45,600 nt of DNA, from positions 1 through 45,600 of the IMG/VR virus record IMGVR_UViG_3300048599_000739, one strand, 5' to 3'. This stretch comes from a virus (taxonomy: Duplodnaviria > Caudoviricetes). Every line of letters starts with the position of its first letter. Positions within the stretch are counted from its first letter, which is position 1. The notes under the pieces are model-generated. The model did not search any database, was not told the DNA's origin, and saw only the letters and a list, made by a program, of their open reading frames with translations. This document shows, piece by piece, positions 43,692 through 45,600 of the stretch. The translations under genes and the position numbers were made by a program.

Positions 43692-45281
43692 TTATCGAGG
43701 CTTCACGCCTTTCAAATAATAGAAACGATGCCGACTCCGAGGTTTGCCGATAGAACGGGCAATCAAGTCCTTTTCCTCTAAGCCATCAAGTATCTCTTTG
43801 GTTTCCCGCCAATCCTTACTTATGACCAACCCCGCGTCCGTCACGTTAACCCGACTGCGTTCCGCCAAATAATTTACAATCATCTTTTCGCTTTCGGTGA
43901 GCGAATTATAGACATCCGGCTTGAGTGAAGCCGCGGCCTCTGATCGGACGAACTGCTTGCGATGTTGAACATCATTTTCAAGCGTCACCGATACCTGAAA
44001 TGTGCCTATCTGTTTTTGAACAAACTTTGGGTCCGGGAGATTAGCTTCCCGCATTCCCTCGCGCATACGGCGCGTACCTTCGAACGCGCACTGCACGAAA
44101 TCAAAATAATAAAGACCCCACATTAAGTTTGGATTTCGAGGATTGTGAGCCTCGTAAACCGTCGCCTCGGTTGTTGGTGGCATGAATGAACCTGGCGATT
44201 CAACAATGATCTTATCTTCGAACATCTTCACAAAGATATTCATCTGTCGAAGATTATACGATCGATGAACCGCGGCATTCACAACGGCCTCAAGCCAGAC
44301 TTCTTTCGGATACTCCGGGTTCGTTACAAATCGTCCGTCCTTTCCAAGACGTGTGAAATTTCTTATTTGCGTCTCGATGAATTTCTCCGCGTCGGATAAT
44401 TGCTGAGGCAGCGGACCATCGAATACCCGGTCGGCAACCGAATTTAGATTCCGTCCGAATTTTTCCTCGACGCCATCATAACGAAGGACACGAATGAACG
44501 CTCCCGGCACAACGTTTCTCGAATCCTTAGCGAATAGCAATGCGCACGCTAGATTGGGGCGAAATTCGCCGCGCTCTCTCTTCCCGAATTTGCTCAGGCC
44601 GAGAACATCCTCGATTGAGAAACGCTGCCCGAGCTGTCGCTTCGAAAGGTACTGATCGCGGTATAGATTAAGCAAGTCGATATCGAAGTCAGCCGGAAAT
44701 TTTAAGGAGACAAACTCCGATTCGACGTCGAGCTCGCCTTTGTTTAAGCGCATTTCGCGCTTTTCGGCTTCACTCAACCTTCTCTTTTCTTCACCCTCTC
44801 GGACAAAGGCGACACCATCGACAGTTTCAACAAGTTTATCCGATCGATAGTACACGCGAAGCACGATGACATAGTCGTCATCGCCCTTCGAATTTTTTAC
44901 CGCAACCTTCTTGAACTCATGCCTCGCATCAGGACACAGGCGTTGGACCGAATATAGCTTGTTGATGTGCTCCTGTTCGGTTCGTGCGCACCCGCTAATC
45001 TGACCGTCCTTTTCAACCCCAATGAAAACCACACCGCCGCTTGGCTGAGTATTGGCCCAGACGGAGAGGTAATCGGCCAAGTCCTTTTGAGACACTTGGG
45101 CCCGCTTCCGTTCAACGCGGTTGTCCTCCGAAAACCGTTCAATGGTAGCTTGGTCGCAAGATGTGAAAATATCGTCCGGCGTCCAAAGTTGCGGCAGATT
45201 CGGCACAGGCGGGTTGAAGTCAAACGCCAGTTGGCCGCCAAGTGAAGGGTCTTGCGCTTGTCGACTTGGAGGAATTTTCAT
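43692..45281 (-). CDS. Schlafen/AlbA_2 + HATPase_c_4 (RecG-C-like) + wHTH protein; putative defence or regulator
   Basis: EDNRVERK and WANT..GG.VFIGV..DG; EAVVNAAVHR.Y, SPG, RNP; C-terminal wHTH; visibly more AT-rich. Confidence 0.85.
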   Translation of the reverse strand: MKIPPSRQAQDPSLGGQLAFDFNPPVPNLPQLWTPDDIFTSCDQATIERFSEDNRVERKRAQVSQKDLADYLSVWANTQPSGGVVFIGVEKDGQISGCARTEQEHINKLYSVQRLCPDARHEFKKVAVKNSKGDDDYVIVLRVYYRSDKLVETVDGVAFVREGEEKRRLSEAEKREMRLNKGELDVESEFVSLKFPADFDIDLLNLYRDQYLSKRQLGQRFSIEDVLGLSKFGKRERGEFRPNLACALLFAKDSRNVVPGAFIRVLRYDGVEEKFGRNLNSVADRVFDGPLPQQLSDAEKFIETQIRNFTRLGKDGRFVTNPEYPKEVWLEAVVNAAVHRSYNLRQMNIFVKMFEDKIIVESPGSFMPPTTEATVYEAHNPRNPNLMWGLYYFDFVQCAFEGTRRMREGMREANLPDPKFVQKQIGTFQVSVTLENDVQHRKQFVRSEAAASLKPDVYNSLTESEKMIVNYLAERSRVNVTDAGLVISKDWRETKEILDGLEEKDLIARSIGKPRSRHRFYYLKGVKPR

Positions 45282-45357
45282 ATTATTTTCAGTGTGTTAT
45301 TCTCGGCAACAGCGAGTATAACGATTTCGGCAGATAACGAAAGGAACTGCTTCAATC

Positions 45358-45600
45358 TCAGTCGGCCGACCTCAAACGCCTCATCGTAAATTCGATCTCC
45401 CCGCCCGGCAGTTCCCGCCAGGATTCCACGACGGTCATGTATGCCGCTGTCGGCCATCGATGGAGGAACGCCCTCGCCGTCTGGCGGGCTTGATCTCGAG
45501 ACTGGGTGAAGGTCTCGCGCGCAAAGCCGTCGTCCGCCCTCGTCTGTCGGCGCCGGGCGGCCATCCGGTCGGCAAGGTCTTTCGGGGTGCGGTAGGCCAT
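45358..45600 (-). CDS. Conserved hypothetical protein (Hyphomicrobiales type)
   Basis: RETF...R..AR..A......P..AY.T.VESW.......IEFTMRRL.SAD. Confidence 0.75.
   Translation of the reverse strand: MAYRTPKDLADRMAARRRQTRADDGFARETFTQSRDQARQTARAFLHRWPTAAYMTVVESWRELPGGEIEFTMRRLRSAD

Larger units (their letters stand above)
1..45600. mobile_element. Temperate siphophage/prophage, near complete; ends and integrase not in window
   Basis: Ordered cI/cro switch, replication, terminase-portal-scaffold-capsid, non-contractile tail (tube, chaperone, tape measure, no sheath) and lysis modules. Confidence 0.95.

Noticed and set aside
1-45600. CRISPR or other regularly spaced guide array
   Set aside because: No run of three or more evenly spaced repeats was found by eye in any intergenic gap; a weak array could have been missed

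Overview
The window is most of a temperate siphovirus genome (prophage or phage contig) whose host is probably an alphaproteobacterium of the Hyphomicrobiales/Bradyrhizobium type, judged from GcrA-, GapR-, DUF2793- and DUF6362-like genes. Read on the minus strand from about 41.7 kb down to 1.7 kb, the order is: cro; early and replication genes (DUF3102, CII-like, GcrA, DnaA-C HTH, SNF2 helicase, amino-MTase, DUF1937, GapR-like, RuvC, ExoX-like, split primase-helicase); a late regulator; a structured intergenic region and tRNA-Thr(UGU); terminase and portal; an inserted five-gene cassette (nucleotidyltransferase, GT9-like glycosyltransferase, O-methyltransferase, small basic protein, Maf/GT29-like transferase); scaffold and capsid; HNH; head-tail genes including a proteasome/HslV-like Thr hydrolase; tail genes with a hidden -1 frameshift chaperone; tail fibres and tailspike; lysis cassette. 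The plus strand carries cI, morons next to cI, an alpha/beta-hydrolase-TPR moron and small early genes at the left end. An AlbA_2/HATPase defence-like gene lies on the minus strand near the right end. No integrase, att site or CRISPR array is visible. The strongest candidate for a new system is the portal-scaffold cassette, which looks like a virion protein glycosylation pathway. All family names come from motif recognition by eye, not from database searches.
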